From positions 26,998 to 90,997 of the forward strand of contig JBPOHZ010000015.1 of NCBI GenBank assembly GCA_052034955.1: DNA of 64,000 bases. Reading direction: 5' to 3'. This stretch comes from Candidatus Saccharimonadota bacterium. GTDB taxonomy: Bacteria; Patescibacteriota; Saccharimonadia; Saccharimonadales; AWTP1-31. Both the position numbers and the translations under genes were made by a program. The notes under the pieces are model-generated. The model did no database searches and was not told the origin of the DNA. It saw nothing but the letters and a program-made list of their open reading frames with translations. Shown in pieces: positions 1-9,220 of the stretch (the stretch's first letter is position 1; every line of letters starts with the position of its first letter).

Positions 1-1
1 T

Positions 2-1675
2 TCCGAAGATAAAGATCTGCAGGATATCACCATACCAGCTAGTAAGCACCTTGTTCTGCAGTCCGTCAGTAGTAACGATCGAGACAGGAATCCTCAGCAA
101 ATAACTCTTGGATTCGATAAAGAAACAATAGTTCTTAATCTCGATAAACTAGATGATCAGCTGGTAAAAAACTTCTTAGCCGGATGCCTAATGGCCCATC
201 CAAAGGTTGTAGGATACGACCTAAAATCGACCTTAAAGTGTCTACTTTCTTTGGGTATTGAAATGCCAGAAGTAGAGCACGACGTTTTGCTGGGTAGCTT
301 TGCCATCAATAGTCTCAGGCGGGAGCAATCCCTTAGCGAGCTGGCGGCTGCCGATCTGGACGTTCACTTAGACGAGACTGTCAGTACCCAGGCCGATACA
401 GTAGTAGTTATACAGGGGCTTTTTAAGCAACAAGCCGAAGAGCTAGCTAAAACTCCAAGTCTTGGAAAGCTGGTCAAGGATATAGACTGGCCAATTATTC
501 CGGTTCTGGCCAAGATGGAGCACCATGGCATTAGTCTGGATACAAATTACCTAAGGTTAATGGCTGCTCAGGTAGCAGATATGATCAGCGATCTTGAACA
601 ACAGATTTATGGATTTGCCGATCAAGAATTTAACATTGGCTCACCGGCACAGCTAGCCGATATCTTATTCGAAAAATTAAAACTACCTACCGAAGGCATA
701 AAAAAGGGCAAGACCGGCTACTCGACAGCTGCTTCAGAGCTAGACAAGCTTCGATCTAAGCACGACATCATCGACATGATTACCCAGTACCGTGAGGTAA
801 CAAAGCTCAAGAATACTTACATAGATTCGTTACCAAAGCTTGTCGATAGTAAATCAAAACTTCATACCAACTTTGCACTTACGGTCGCACAAACCGGACG
901 TCTAAGTAGCAACGATCCCAATTTACAGAACATTCCGGTTCGTACCGAGCTAGGCAAGCGTATTAGGACAGCTTTTGTGGCCGACAAAGGCAATGTCTTG
1001 GTTGGAGCCGATTACAGCCAGTTCGAGCTTCGTTTGGCGGCAGTACTGGCTGATGACAAAGAAATGATTGACGCATTTAACAGGGGCATGGATGTGCATA
1101 CCATGACCGCTGCCCAGGTTTATGGTCGAGATCCAGAAGATGTCACCAAAAACATGCGCCGCGAAGCTAAGGTGGTTAACTTTGGCATTATGTATGGCTT
1201 AAGTGTTCATGGACTTGTGGCCGCAACCGGAATGTCATACGAAGCCGCCAAGAAGTTTATAGATAAATACTTCGAGACTCGTCCAACCCTAAAGGCCTAC
1301 ATTGAAAAAGTAAAAGAACAGGCTAAACAAGACGGTTATGTCGAGACCATGCTGGGACGTCGCCGACCGACGCCAGATATTAAATCTAGCAACTTTGTAG
1401 TCCGCGAGGCGGCACTACGAGCTGCCGTAAACATGCCTTTCCAGGGAAGTGCGGCCGACATAATGAAAAAAGCTATGATTGATGTCGACAAAAAGCTAGC
1501 CGGTACCAAAGCCAAAATGTTATTGCAGATCCACGACAGTGTCCTGGTAGAATGCCCCGAAGAAGACGCTAAGGACATTGCAAAACTAATCAAAGAAACT
1601 ATGGAACAGGCTTACAAACTTCCTGTCCAGTTGACCGTCGACACCGAAATCGGCAAAAACTGGGGCGATCTGTAA
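2..1675 (+). CDS. polA: DNA polymerase I, 5'-truncated by window edge (3'-5' exo-like plus polymerase domains)
   Basis: The ORF 191..1675 continues in frame, with no stop, back to position 2. Family-A polymerase motifs are present: DYSQFELRLAA, a QVHDS-like motif (LLQIHDSVLVE), and the K...YG region. Confidence 0.9.
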   Translation, partial: SEDKDLQDITIPASKHLVLQSVSSNDRDRNPQQITLGFDKETIVLNLDKLDDQLVKNFLAGCLMAHPKVVGYDLKSTLKCLLSLGIEMPEVEHDVLLGSFAINSLRREQSLSELAAADLDVHLDETVSTQADTVVVIQGLFKQQAEELAKTPSLGKLVKDIDWPIIPVLAKMEHHGISLDTNYLRLMAAQVADMISDLEQQIYGFADQEFNIGSPAQLADILFEKLKLPTEGIKKGKTGYSTAASELDKLRSKHDIIDMITQYREVTKLKNTYIDSLPKLVDSKSKLHTNFALTVAQTGRLSSNDPNLQNIPVRTELGKRIRTAFVADKGNVLVGADYSQFELRLAAVLADDKEMIDAFNRGMDVHTMTAAQVYGRDPEDVTKNMRREAKVVNFGIMYGLSVHGLVAATGMSYEAAKKFIDKYFETRPTLKAYIEKVKEQAKQDGYVETMLGRRRPTPDIKSSNFVVREAALRAAVNMPFQGSAADIMKKAMIDVDKKLAGTKAKMLLQIHDSVLVECPEEDAKDIAKLIKETMEQAYKLPVQLTVDTEIGKNWGDL

Positions 1676-1676
1676 G

Positions 1677-2582
1677 CTATTGACCAGCTCTTGCTAGAGT
1701 TATTCCCTCGATGGAAGCTGGGGTATTTCCGGCTAAAATATCATTGTAGGCTACTTCGGGAAGTAGGAACATTGGCATGAAGAACTGGCCATCGCTAGTA
1801 TGCATCAAGGACTTATTTGATTCCATTGATTTCACATACTCAGCATAGCTGAATTTACCTTTGGCCATTGCATATACAGCTCCAAGTGAGTTACAAAGTA
1901 CTTCTTGAGTAACAAGATTAATACCGGGCTTGTCTAGATTATCGGTAGTAACTATCAAGCTAGCCTGACAAGCTTCTACAGAAAATGCTAATGCTTTTTC
2001 AAGTTCGTTATCACCCATTCTTACAAAACTTACAGCACTTTTAAGGCTAGGTAATTCTTTTGGCCTAAAGCTAACTCCTTCTGCGCCATCTTCTTTGCCT
2101 GCTAGTTCGGACATAAAATCGCCCTTTTCGGCTTCTACAACCACAACAGGGTAGTTGGGTGTCTCGATAGTCACCGCCACATTGGCTGCAATTGTTCCAC
2201 CGTCTTTATTGAATATTGGAATATCCAGTTTGGGGAATGTATTTGCAAAGCCAATTACATCTGCTTGGACATCGGCATAAAGATATTCAAATTTATCTAT
2301 TTTGGGACTGGAACCATCTTCGCTTACAAAAGTAATTGGGTGCTGATCGACAGTGTCTTTGACTGTGATTCTGCCTACGGGCTGTAATTTAGCTAAATCG
2401 ACTCCATCAAAGGAAGCTGAATCGATATCTGAAACGTGTTCAATTACAGTAGCAACGTCGTCTATAATGTTAGGGGCTTGTTCTTTTCGAACTGCTTCTT
2501 GCGGAATAGCTTCTTGATCGGAACAACCAGGAACCAAGAACGCAGCAGTAAGACCCAAGGCCAATAACTCTTTTCTCATCAA
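1677..2582 (-). CDS. hypothetical lipoprotein
   Basis: N-terminal signal peptide with lipobox (LLALGLTAAFLVPGC); no recognisable catalytic motif. Confidence 0.55.
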   Translation of the reverse strand: MMRKELLALGLTAAFLVPGCSDQEAIPQEAVRKEQAPNIIDDVATVIEHVSDIDSASFDGVDLAKLQPVGRITVKDTVDQHPITFVSEDGSSPKIDKFEYLYADVQADVIGFANTFPKLDIPIFNKDGGTIAANVAVTIETPNYPVVVVEAEKGDFMSELAGKEDGAEGVSFRPKELPSLKSAVSFVRMGDNELEKALAFSVEACQASLIVTTDNLDKPGINLVTQEVLCNSLGAVYAMAKGKFSYAEYVKSMESNKSLMHTSDGQFFMPMFLLPEVAYNDILAGNTPASIEGITLARAGQ

Positions 2583-2661
2583 TATATATTAACATATTTA
2601 ATGGCAGTTATATACTTGACGTTACCAAACTATAAAAGACCTGCTTGTTTGTAGTTTGATC

Positions 2662-2871
2662 TTAGCTAACGTCCCTTTGTTTCTTAGCCCACTTTGCTAA
2701 ATCTTTATTACTAATTGATGGAGTCTTTGACATTTTTTTAACGGCATTCTCTAAATTTTCGCCGATCCTTATCCGTCGCTCATTTTCTCGTACTGGTTTT
2801 TCTTGGTCACTCTTAATTTGAGTTTCAAGTGCTTCGATCTCTTTTTTGCTGGGCTTTCTATGAGGCATCAT
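2662..2871 (-). CDS. small basic hypothetical protein (69 aa)
   Basis: Short charged K/E/R-rich ORF, same strand and spacing as the downstream island genes; no motif. Confidence 0.3.
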   Translation of the reverse strand: MMPHRKPSKKEIEALETQIKSDQEKPVRENERRIRIGENLENAVKKMSKTPSISNKDLAKWAKKQRDVS

Positions 2872-2916
2872 ATCAATTATACAACTGCAAGTGGCAGCCA
2901 GTATAGTGGAAAATTA

Positions 2917-4029
2917 TTAACCCCTCGCCTTAGATGCTAGATAACTTTCTCGAAGTTTTGGGTCTACCAGCCACGGGGCATCTGGTCTCACCCCAGCAGT
3001 TTCACAAGCTTGCTTCCATGTATCCGGGTCTAGGCTTCCAGAATGAGCATCAATGAATCGACCAAGCTCAACCATCCTCGAGCTATGTGAGCCATTGCCA
3101 ATTCCACCAATTGGCTCCTGAACGTAACCGATATGCTTAGGGTCTATGGTTTCAACCTCACCCTGCAAGGGGTGCTCGGTAGTCAGCCAGATGTCAGGAT
3201 ATTTTGGGTATACTTCAGCTAATATGGTTGCAAACTCTTCAGGTTCCCACGTATATAGATCGCAGCTATCGTAGTCATGCGCCTCCGTCTTGGTGAGCAT
3301 GGATAATTTCCTTTCTGCCGCCATAGCATAAACTTCTTCAATAAATAACTGTGCGTGTTCACTTTTCTCGGGTGTTGATAGATCAAGAGACAAATAAAAT
3401 TTATGCCGGTCAAATGGCCGTTCCACTACAAGGTCTGCGACCTCAGACCCTGTTTCCCATGCTTGAGAAAAGCCATTTTTGCCAGGTATCACCTTGCCGT
3501 CGTGATTTGCCCTACGATAACGATTGGTGAATAAAGCTCTTGGTTTCAGATTGTTACTATCCAAGCCACCTTGTTGTGAACCGCCAAAAGCAGACGAGAA
3601 TCCAATTCTCTTGGCGGATTCAACTAATGTGCTGCGTGATAACTTTGTTAGTAGAGCTTCTGGTGAGCCCTCGCCCGTCATGCTGGTACCTTCAAGTAAC
3701 GAGGGTCCAGATGGTTCAGGTGAAGTCACTTCACCAGATTTTTCTGTGCGAATCATCCTACTTACAACCCTAGAAGGACGACTTTCGGATACTCCCACTG
3801 TGCTCGTACCGCGGCCCATACTATTACGCACGCGTGAAACTGGTGCGACAGGTGTTTCATCAACAGTATCAAGTTCTGCAGTTGCATCAACCGGAACTTC
3901 ACCAATAACTTCTGCTTCCTCCGGGCTAATAGTCTCTACACTTGCTTCTGATGTAGCTTCACTCACGCTGCGACGCATGCTACTGCGCACGCGTGAAACT
4001 GGTTCTGTGGATGTTGTCTTTGGTTCCAT
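2917..4029 (-). CDS. hypothetical protein with an N-terminal Ser/Thr/Arg-rich disordered region carrying an internal tandem repeat (PVSRVRxSMxR)
   Basis: Long ORF with a non-low-complexity C-terminal half. The DNA repeat cgcacgcgtgaaactggt occurs twice (about 3828 and 3985). Lies next to the replication-relaxation gene and the transposase. Confidence 0.5.
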   Translation of the reverse strand: MEPKTTSTEPVSRVRSSMRRSVSEATSEASVETISPEEAEVIGEVPVDATAELDTVDETPVAPVSRVRNSMGRGTSTVGVSESRPSRVVSRMIRTEKSGEVTSPEPSGPSLLEGTSMTGEGSPEALLTKLSRSTLVESAKRIGFSSAFGGSQQGGLDSNNLKPRALFTNRYRRANHDGKVIPGKNGFSQAWETGSEVADLVVERPFDRHKFYLSLDLSTPEKSEHAQLFIEEVYAMAAERKLSMLTKTEAHDYDSCDLYTWEPEEFATILAEVYPKYPDIWLTTEHPLQGEVETIDPKHIGYVQEPIGGIGNGSHSSRMVELGRFIDAHSGSLDPDTWKQACETAGVRPDAPWLVDPKLRESYLASKARG

Positions 4030-4135
4030 ATTTGTTTTTTATTGTTACCCTCACAGTAGCATACTTGTGTAAATCAGTCTAGATTGCATAACGGAGTAAT
4101 CTGACCCACTTATGTCCACAGAGCTAAAAACATGC

Positions 4136-4183
4136 TATCAGGTGACTAATTTTGCTCGCACTAAATTATGAGTCACCTGATCC
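4136..4183 (-). terminator. hairpin right after the stop of the 4166..5023 gene (possible terminator, or oriT-like inverted repeat)
   Basis: Inverted repeat ATCAGGTGACT ... AGTCACCTGAT with a T-run following on the minus strand. Confidence 0.4.
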
Positions 4184-5023
4184 ACTCTGGAAAATTAGTT
4201 CTCTTAATGTCGTCTTTTCTGCCCCATTATCCGTATCAACCTTAACCCAGATCTTATCAGCAGGCCTTGTGGCTGTTTCAAGCCGTTGTCTGGTCGTCGT
4301 AGCAAACACTAGCTCATCATCCCAAGCTTCATCGAGAATACGTTGCATCTGTCGCTTTAACTTCTTCTGGGTTCGTTCGTCATCACAGATAGCCAATATT
4401 ACTGGGTATGGCTCATTTTCCTGCCAGTCGCCGCTGTCCTTGAAGTTAACGTAGTTTCTGGTTTTCCTGACACTGACAAAGAACGGTTTCGTACCGTCCC
4501 AGATATCTACAAAGTAATGTTTGGCAGATGTCTCGCCCTTGCCGGGTATTTCAATATGCAGATCTGGTGTCCAACTTGGGTAGTAATCCAACTGTGCCAT
4601 ATAGCTTTTGGGAAGTAGGTGGAGTTTTTTGCTGTCACCGTATATATCTCGGAGTCTTTGAGCTGTTTCTGTTACAGCAATGCAGTGCTTGAGAAAATCA
4701 TCCGAGACGGTTTTGTTCTTGTACAGGCTCTTAGTTGCCCAGGTGTTGGTTGAATTAGGATTGGCTTTTTCAAGTGCTCGTGCGCCTTTCGGGGTAATGA
4801 AGTATTCTGCCGATCTACCAGCTAGCTTGTAGGACTTATCGTAACGTTTACCAATGAGTCCTTGGACTTCCAGTATCTGCAGTTTGTTTTGGATAGCTTT
4901 AGGGTTGGTTTTATCAAATGATCTGGCAAGCTGTCTGCTTGTACAAAATCGATACCAATACAGCAAATGTAGTGTTCTAATCTGCTGTTTATTCAACGAT
5001 CTACGATACTTCACTTCATTCAT
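4166..5023 (-). CDS. replication-relaxation (Replic_Relax) family protein
   Basis: N-terminal winged-helix segment (LTLRDL...QL) resembling plasmid replication-relaxation proteins: QQIRTLHLLYWYRFCTSRQLARSF...LEVQGLI. Confidence 0.55.
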   Translation of the reverse strand: MNEVKYRRSLNKQQIRTLHLLYWYRFCTSRQLARSFDKTNPKAIQNKLQILEVQGLIGKRYDKSYKLAGRSAEYFITPKGARALEKANPNSTNTWATKSLYKNKTVSDDFLKHCIAVTETAQRLRDIYGDSKKLHLLPKSYMAQLDYYPSWTPDLHIEIPGKGETSAKHYFVDIWDGTKPFFVSVRKTRNYVNFKDSGDWQENEPYPVILAICDDERTQKKLKRQMQRILDEAWDDELVFATTTRQRLETATRPADKIWVKVDTDNGAEKTTLRELIFQSGSGDS

Positions 5024-5029
5024 ATAGCT

Positions 5030-6300
5030 TCTTATTAATGCGCACTAAACTAACACTAGATAAGCTCATCAAGTCATCAAAACCATACTCAACACCACAA
5101 ACCACACAACTCATAAAACCAATACTTACATATCTACTCATAATCCTACATCACTCTAATCATCTGTTCTCCTCTATATTTATATAGAAAGAGAGGGAGA
5201 AAAGGAAGAAGGAAAATATAGGGGCAGTCCAAGAAATATAAGTTGGGTATCGGTGGGTAAGTTTAGAACTTCTTGCTAACGAGGTTGCTATAGGTTAATC
5301 GCTTGCCGTTTAGGTGGTTAAACCAGTCTTCAAAACGTTCGCCGTCAGTTAGCTCACGAGTATTCCAGCGGTAGCTATATTCATCGCAGTATCGCTGCAA
5401 GTGCTTAGCGCTAACATGGTGGTAAATGCCGTTAATGCCACGCTTGAGATGTGACCAAAACGACTCAGCTGTATTGGTACTGGCCATACCATTCACAAAT
5501 TCCTTAACGCCGTGATTGACACTTTCATGCTTAAAGCCGATCTTAGGCAAGGTTCGGTAGGGCATATGCTCGTCCGTGTAGATTGTGGCGTTAACGTCTA
5601 TGTGTTTACGGGCTAGGGTCATAAGAGTATGGCTGCCAGTATCTTTTGTGGCAACAGCGTGGAGCTGCCCACCACGTTCGACCATGCCCACGACTGGGGC
5701 TTTACTATTTTTGCTTCCGAAGCCTTGTGCGCCTTTGCCAGTAATAGCTTTTAGTTTCTTGTGAGCGTGTTTGTTACTGTCTTTGCCGCCAATGTAAGCT
5801 TCATCCATCTCAACTTCGCCGTTGAGCAGTTCAAAGCTGTCATTTTCAAAGACGTAGCGGATACGTTGAAGCATGAACCAAGCAGTCTTTTGGGTGACGC
5901 CAATATATTTACTAAGCTGAATTGAAGAAATGCCTTTCTTGTAACTACCACACAGATAGATGGCTAAAAACCACTTCTGTAGTGGTACGGGGCTATCCTC
6001 GAAGACACTGCGAGTACGAACGGTAAAGGTATTACGGCAACTGGCACACTTGATACGACCGCTAGCTAGGTTGTAGGTCTTAACATTAATCTCACCACAT
6101 TTCGGACAGGTTACACCGTCTGCCCAGCGAGCTTTATACAGGAAGTTCTGGCATTGTTTCTCAGTACCGAACTTCTGATAGAATTGGATAAGATTAAATG
6201 ACTCCATAAATCCATTCTAACAGAGGTAAATGGTAACGTCAAGTATATAATTGCCTATTTAATTAACAAAAGCAAGGAATATACACTATCAGGCACTTAA
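5030..6300 (-). mobile_element. putative IS1595-family insertion sequence (ends not resolved)
   Basis: Single transposase ORF flanked by AT-rich, compositionally odd non-coding DNA. Terminal inverted repeats could not be identified by eye. Confidence 0.4.
5263..6207 (-). CDS. IS1595-family transposase (ISXO2-like)
   Basis: N-terminal transposase zinc ribbon (CPKCG...CASCR) followed by a DDE_Tnp_IS1595-like domain (MDEAYIGG..., YTDEH..., ESFWS). Confidence 0.8.
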   Translation of the reverse strand: MESFNLIQFYQKFGTEKQCQNFLYKARWADGVTCPKCGEINVKTYNLASGRIKCASCRNTFTVRTRSVFEDSPVPLQKWFLAIYLCGSYKKGISSIQLSKYIGVTQKTAWFMLQRIRYVFENDSFELLNGEVEMDEAYIGGKDSNKHAHKKLKAITGKGAQGFGSKNSKAPVVGMVERGGQLHAVATKDTGSHTLMTLARKHIDVNATIYTDEHMPYRTLPKIGFKHESVNHGVKEFVNGMASTNTAESFWSHLKRGINGIYHHVSAKHLQRYCDEYSYRWNTRELTDGERFEDWFNHLNGKRLTYSNLVSKKF

Positions 6301-6341
6301 TATCAGTTTCGGTCGTACTTATAGCCATAGGCCTAGCCTAT

Positions 6342-6830
6342 TTGGTGCGCAGGTGGCCCCAGGACGTATCGACAACATTCAGCCAACATGCTGCCGCACA
6401 AAAACAGTCGATAGTATATTACGCTCTGTTATTCTTGGTGATATTACCGATGCTAGGCATCTACTTTGTTAAATGGTTGATTCCAAGTTTTAATCTTAAT
6501 GGTTGGTTCAGTGTCTTTACTTGGTTAGCGATACTGACCCAGGCAGCCGTCGCATTAGTTCCGGAGGTGCCTGGATGGAGGAGGGGCGCGCATAGATTCT
6601 TGGCATTCTGGTCGGCACTTTTCTTGATGCTGTCACTGTTTGCCGTTTTATCGAACAGCTTGATTTCTGGTGCATCGCACATTATTACGCTGATCTGTGC
6701 CCTTATGATGGCCATCATCTTTGCCATCCTAGTAGTTAATAAAGCGGAACATAAGTACTTCTTGATTCTGCAGGCTGGTTTTTTTGGCGCTTACTTTGTG
6801 TCTATGCTGGCAATTACCTACATACGGTGA
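6342..6830 (+). CDS. hypothetical polytopic membrane protein
   Basis: Four or more hydrophobic helices; no motif. Confidence 0.5.
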   Translation: MVRRWPQDVSTTFSQHAAAQKQSIVYYALLFLVILPMLGIYFVKWLIPSFNLNGWFSVFTWLAILTQAAVALVPEVPGWRRGAHRFLAFWSALFLMLSLFAVLSNSLISGASHIITLICALMMAIIFAILVVNKAEHKYFLILQAGFFGAYFVSMLAITYIR

Positions 6831-6889
6831 TGCGCCAGTTGTAAAAGGTGCAAAGTTATGCTATTATAGACTAAATAAATGGAGTATTT

Positions 6890-7456
6890 ATGAGTTCCAA
6901 GCGTTCGGCACTTATATTCTTAATCTTTGTGGTCGGTTGTATCCTCTTCCTGTGGTTGATCTTTGGGGGTGGTAAAAATAGTGGTACCAAAAAAGATGCC
7001 CCAAAGGCCTTTAACTTAGTAGAATACGTCGACAAGAATTCTAGTGTTGCAGCAACCACGCATGGCCGAATCAATGGCGATGATGAACACCGCGCAGTAC
7101 GAGTTACGATAACTGCAAATAATAGGCTAGTAGAGATCATACAGGGCTACGAAGGCAAGGTTATTGATAGCAAGTCTTACCCCAACAACGCAAAGGCCTA
7201 TAAGGCCTTTCTGAACGCACTGTCCAAGACCGGTTACGGCAAAGTACGTAAGTCCACTGTCGCCAGTGAAGAAGGTGTTTGCGCAACTGGACGCAGGTTT
7301 ACTTACGACTTAAGAGATTCTGATAAGCTTATTTCCCATACCTGGACAGCTAACTGCGTCAAGGGAAATGCACCGGTTTCGCCAGAGAACGTCAGCAACT
7401 TGTTCCGCCGCCAGATCACCGACTACGACGAAATTACCCGTAACGTTCGCTTGTAG
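6890..7456 (+). CDS. hypothetical membrane-anchored/secreted protein
   Basis: N-terminal TM helix (LIFLIFVVGCILFLWLIFG), hydrophilic remainder. Confidence 0.5.
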   Translation: MSSKRSALIFLIFVVGCILFLWLIFGGGKNSGTKKDAPKAFNLVEYVDKNSSVAATTHGRINGDDEHRAVRVTITANNRLVEIIQGYEGKVIDSKSYPNNAKAYKAFLNALSKTGYGKVRKSTVASEEGVCATGRRFTYDLRDSDKLISHTWTANCVKGNAPVSPENVSNLFRRQITDYDEITRNVRL

Positions 7457-7473
7457 CCTGTTACAATAGCCTA

Positions 7474-8055
7474 ATGATTAAGGCTATAATTTTTGACTGC
7501 TTCGGTGTGATTACCGAGAATCGCTGGGATACCTTTCGAGCAGCAGTTAATACTGATGTACGAGATCAAGTAAATGATATGCATACGGCATTCGATAGAG
7601 GGCTAGTTAGCTACCCAGACTTTAGCCGCACTTTACATGAGCTCACAGGCATGAGCCAAGACGAGATTGACGCCGTGTTCATGAACAGGGACGGATACAG
7701 CAAGAACATAGAACTTTTGGCAGATATAAAAGAACTTTCTGCTAAGTACAAGGTAAGTATTCTTAGTAATGTCGGAAGCAACTGGATCAGAGAAAAGTTC
7801 TTGACTACCGAGGAGATTAATCTGTTCAGCGACTTTGTACTCTCTTATGAAACTAAACTAGGAAAACCGGACCCGGCAATTTACCAACTGGCTTTTGAGC
7901 GACTAGGTGTTGACTCGTCTGAAGCTGTTTTTATCGACGATAATCCAAGCTACTGTCAGGTGGCCAAAAGCATGGGTGCAAAGACCATAGCGTATACAAA
8001 TTTTGCTCAGTATAAACAAGAGCTAGATACCATTCTAGCCAATTCTAATAACTAA
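7474..8055 (+). CDS. HAD-superfamily hydrolase (subfamily IA-like)
   Basis: Motif I (IIFDCFGVI), a K in motif III (LGKPDP), motif IV (FIDDN). Confidence 0.7.
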   Translation: MIKAIIFDCFGVITENRWDTFRAAVNTDVRDQVNDMHTAFDRGLVSYPDFSRTLHELTGMSQDEIDAVFMNRDGYSKNIELLADIKELSAKYKVSILSNVGSNWIREKFLTTEEINLFSDFVLSYETKLGKPDPAIYQLAFERLGVDSSEAVFIDDNPSYCQVAKSMGAKTIAYTNFAQYKQELDTILANSNN

Positions 8056-8274
8056 CTTCTTATCTGTTGCTAGGTGACTTTGCAGCTCAAAGAGACTCAT
8101 CCTTAGGGCTCCCGCTAAGGAGGCTCCGGGAACAGTAATTACTATCTGAGATTTGCCAATAGAAACCGAGACCAATGAATCAAAGTGCTCTTTAATGTAA
8201 TCTTTTATTACTTTTACTTCAGGCGGTTCAGCAGGAAGTCTTCTGGATAGTATGTCGCTAAGTTGATCGGCCAT
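8035..8274 (-). CDS. small DUF721/DciA-like protein
   Basis: Pattern GKSQIVITVPGASLAGALRMSLFELQSHL resembles the DUF721 core (V.V.SSAWAQEL.F). Confidence 0.35.
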   Translation of the reverse strand: MADQLSDILSRRLPAEPPEVKVIKDYIKEHFDSLVSVSIGKSQIVITVPGASLAGALRMSLFELQSHLATDKKLVIRIG

Positions 8275-8347
8275 GACAACATTATACTTTGTTGTAGAGT
8301 CCGTCGAGCATCTAGTTCTCTGATGTTCAGTCTGTCATACTAGCTGT

Positions 8348-9220
8348 ATGCCAGAACTACCAGAGGTCGAGACAGTCCGTTTGGGTTTGCAAAGATTATT
8401 ACCAGGAAAGGTTATTAAAGACGCTACATCCGATTTTGAGCGTTCTTTTCCCAATGCGCCGCAGGATATCAGGCAGTTCCTTTTAGGGTCCGAAATCTTG
8501 GAGGTTAAACGGCGCGCAAAAGTGCTTTTAATAGAACTCAGCAGCAAATACTCGTTAGTGATTCATCTAAAGATGACTGGACAGCTTGTTTTTGTCGGTG
8601 CAGAAAGATTTGGTGCAGGGCACCCTAACGATTCATTAGTAGGACAGCTGCCAGATAAATCCACGAGGGTAGTATTTACTTTCCAAGATGGCTCCAAGCT
8701 GTTTTTTAATGATCAGCGAAAATTTGGCTGGGTGCGACTGATCCCTACGGTAGAAGTTCCAGAAATAAACTTCATGAAGAAGCTCGGCCCCGAGCCGCTA
8801 GAGGCAGATTTTACAAATAAACTATTCAAAGAACGTTTATCAAGACGCAAAAAAAGCGGAATTAAAGCAGTATTATTAGACCAAACAGTGCTAGCAGGAA
8901 TCGGTAACATTTATGCCGATGAAAGTCTTTGGGCGGCCAAGATTCATCCCGAGACTAAAGTGATGGATATTTCAGACGCAAAAGTACAAGCACTACATAA
9001 AGAAATAATTGCAGTTCTTAGGTTAAGTATCGAAAAGGGCGGATCGTCAGATAGAAATTATGTAAATGCCGAAGGCAAAAAAGGCAGCTATATAAGCTTT
9101 GCCAAAGTATTCCGAAAAGAAGGTTCGGCTTGTCAGCGTTGTGGTCGAGAAATTACCAAAACAAGAGTGGCTGGCCGGGGCACCCATATCTGTTTATTCT
9201 GCCAGAAAGCACCAAAATGA
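8348..9220 (+). CDS. mutM: formamidopyrimidine-DNA glycosylase
   Basis: N-terminal MPELPEVETVR (the Fpg catalytic Pro2/Glu3 region) and a C-terminal CxxC...CxxC zinc finger. Confidence 0.9.
   Translation: MPELPEVETVRLGLQRLLPGKVIKDATSDFERSFPNAPQDIRQFLLGSEILEVKRRAKVLLIELSSKYSLVIHLKMTGQLVFVGAERFGAGHPNDSLVGQLPDKSTRVVFTFQDGSKLFFNDQRKFGWVRLIPTVEVPEINFMKKLGPEPLEADFTNKLFKERLSRRKKSGIKAVLLDQTVLAGIGNIYADESLWAAKIHPETKVMDISDAKVQALHKEIIAVLRLSIEKGGSSDRNYVNAEGKKGSYISFAKVFRKEGSACQRCGREITKTRVAGRGTHICLFCQKAPK

Noticed and set aside
3524-4072. 182-aa plus-strand ORF antisense to 2917..4029
   Set aside because: Low-complexity (S/T/L/R-rich) translation that simply mirrors the repeat-rich coding strand. The minus-strand ORF is longer and has a complex, ordered C-terminal half.
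9130-9216. Annotated holA start at 9130, overlapping mutM by 90 nt
   Set aside because: An in-frame ATG at 9217 coincides with the mutM stop (ATGA) and begins the conserved MIITLTGSN N-terminus. The upstream extension is probably not translated.
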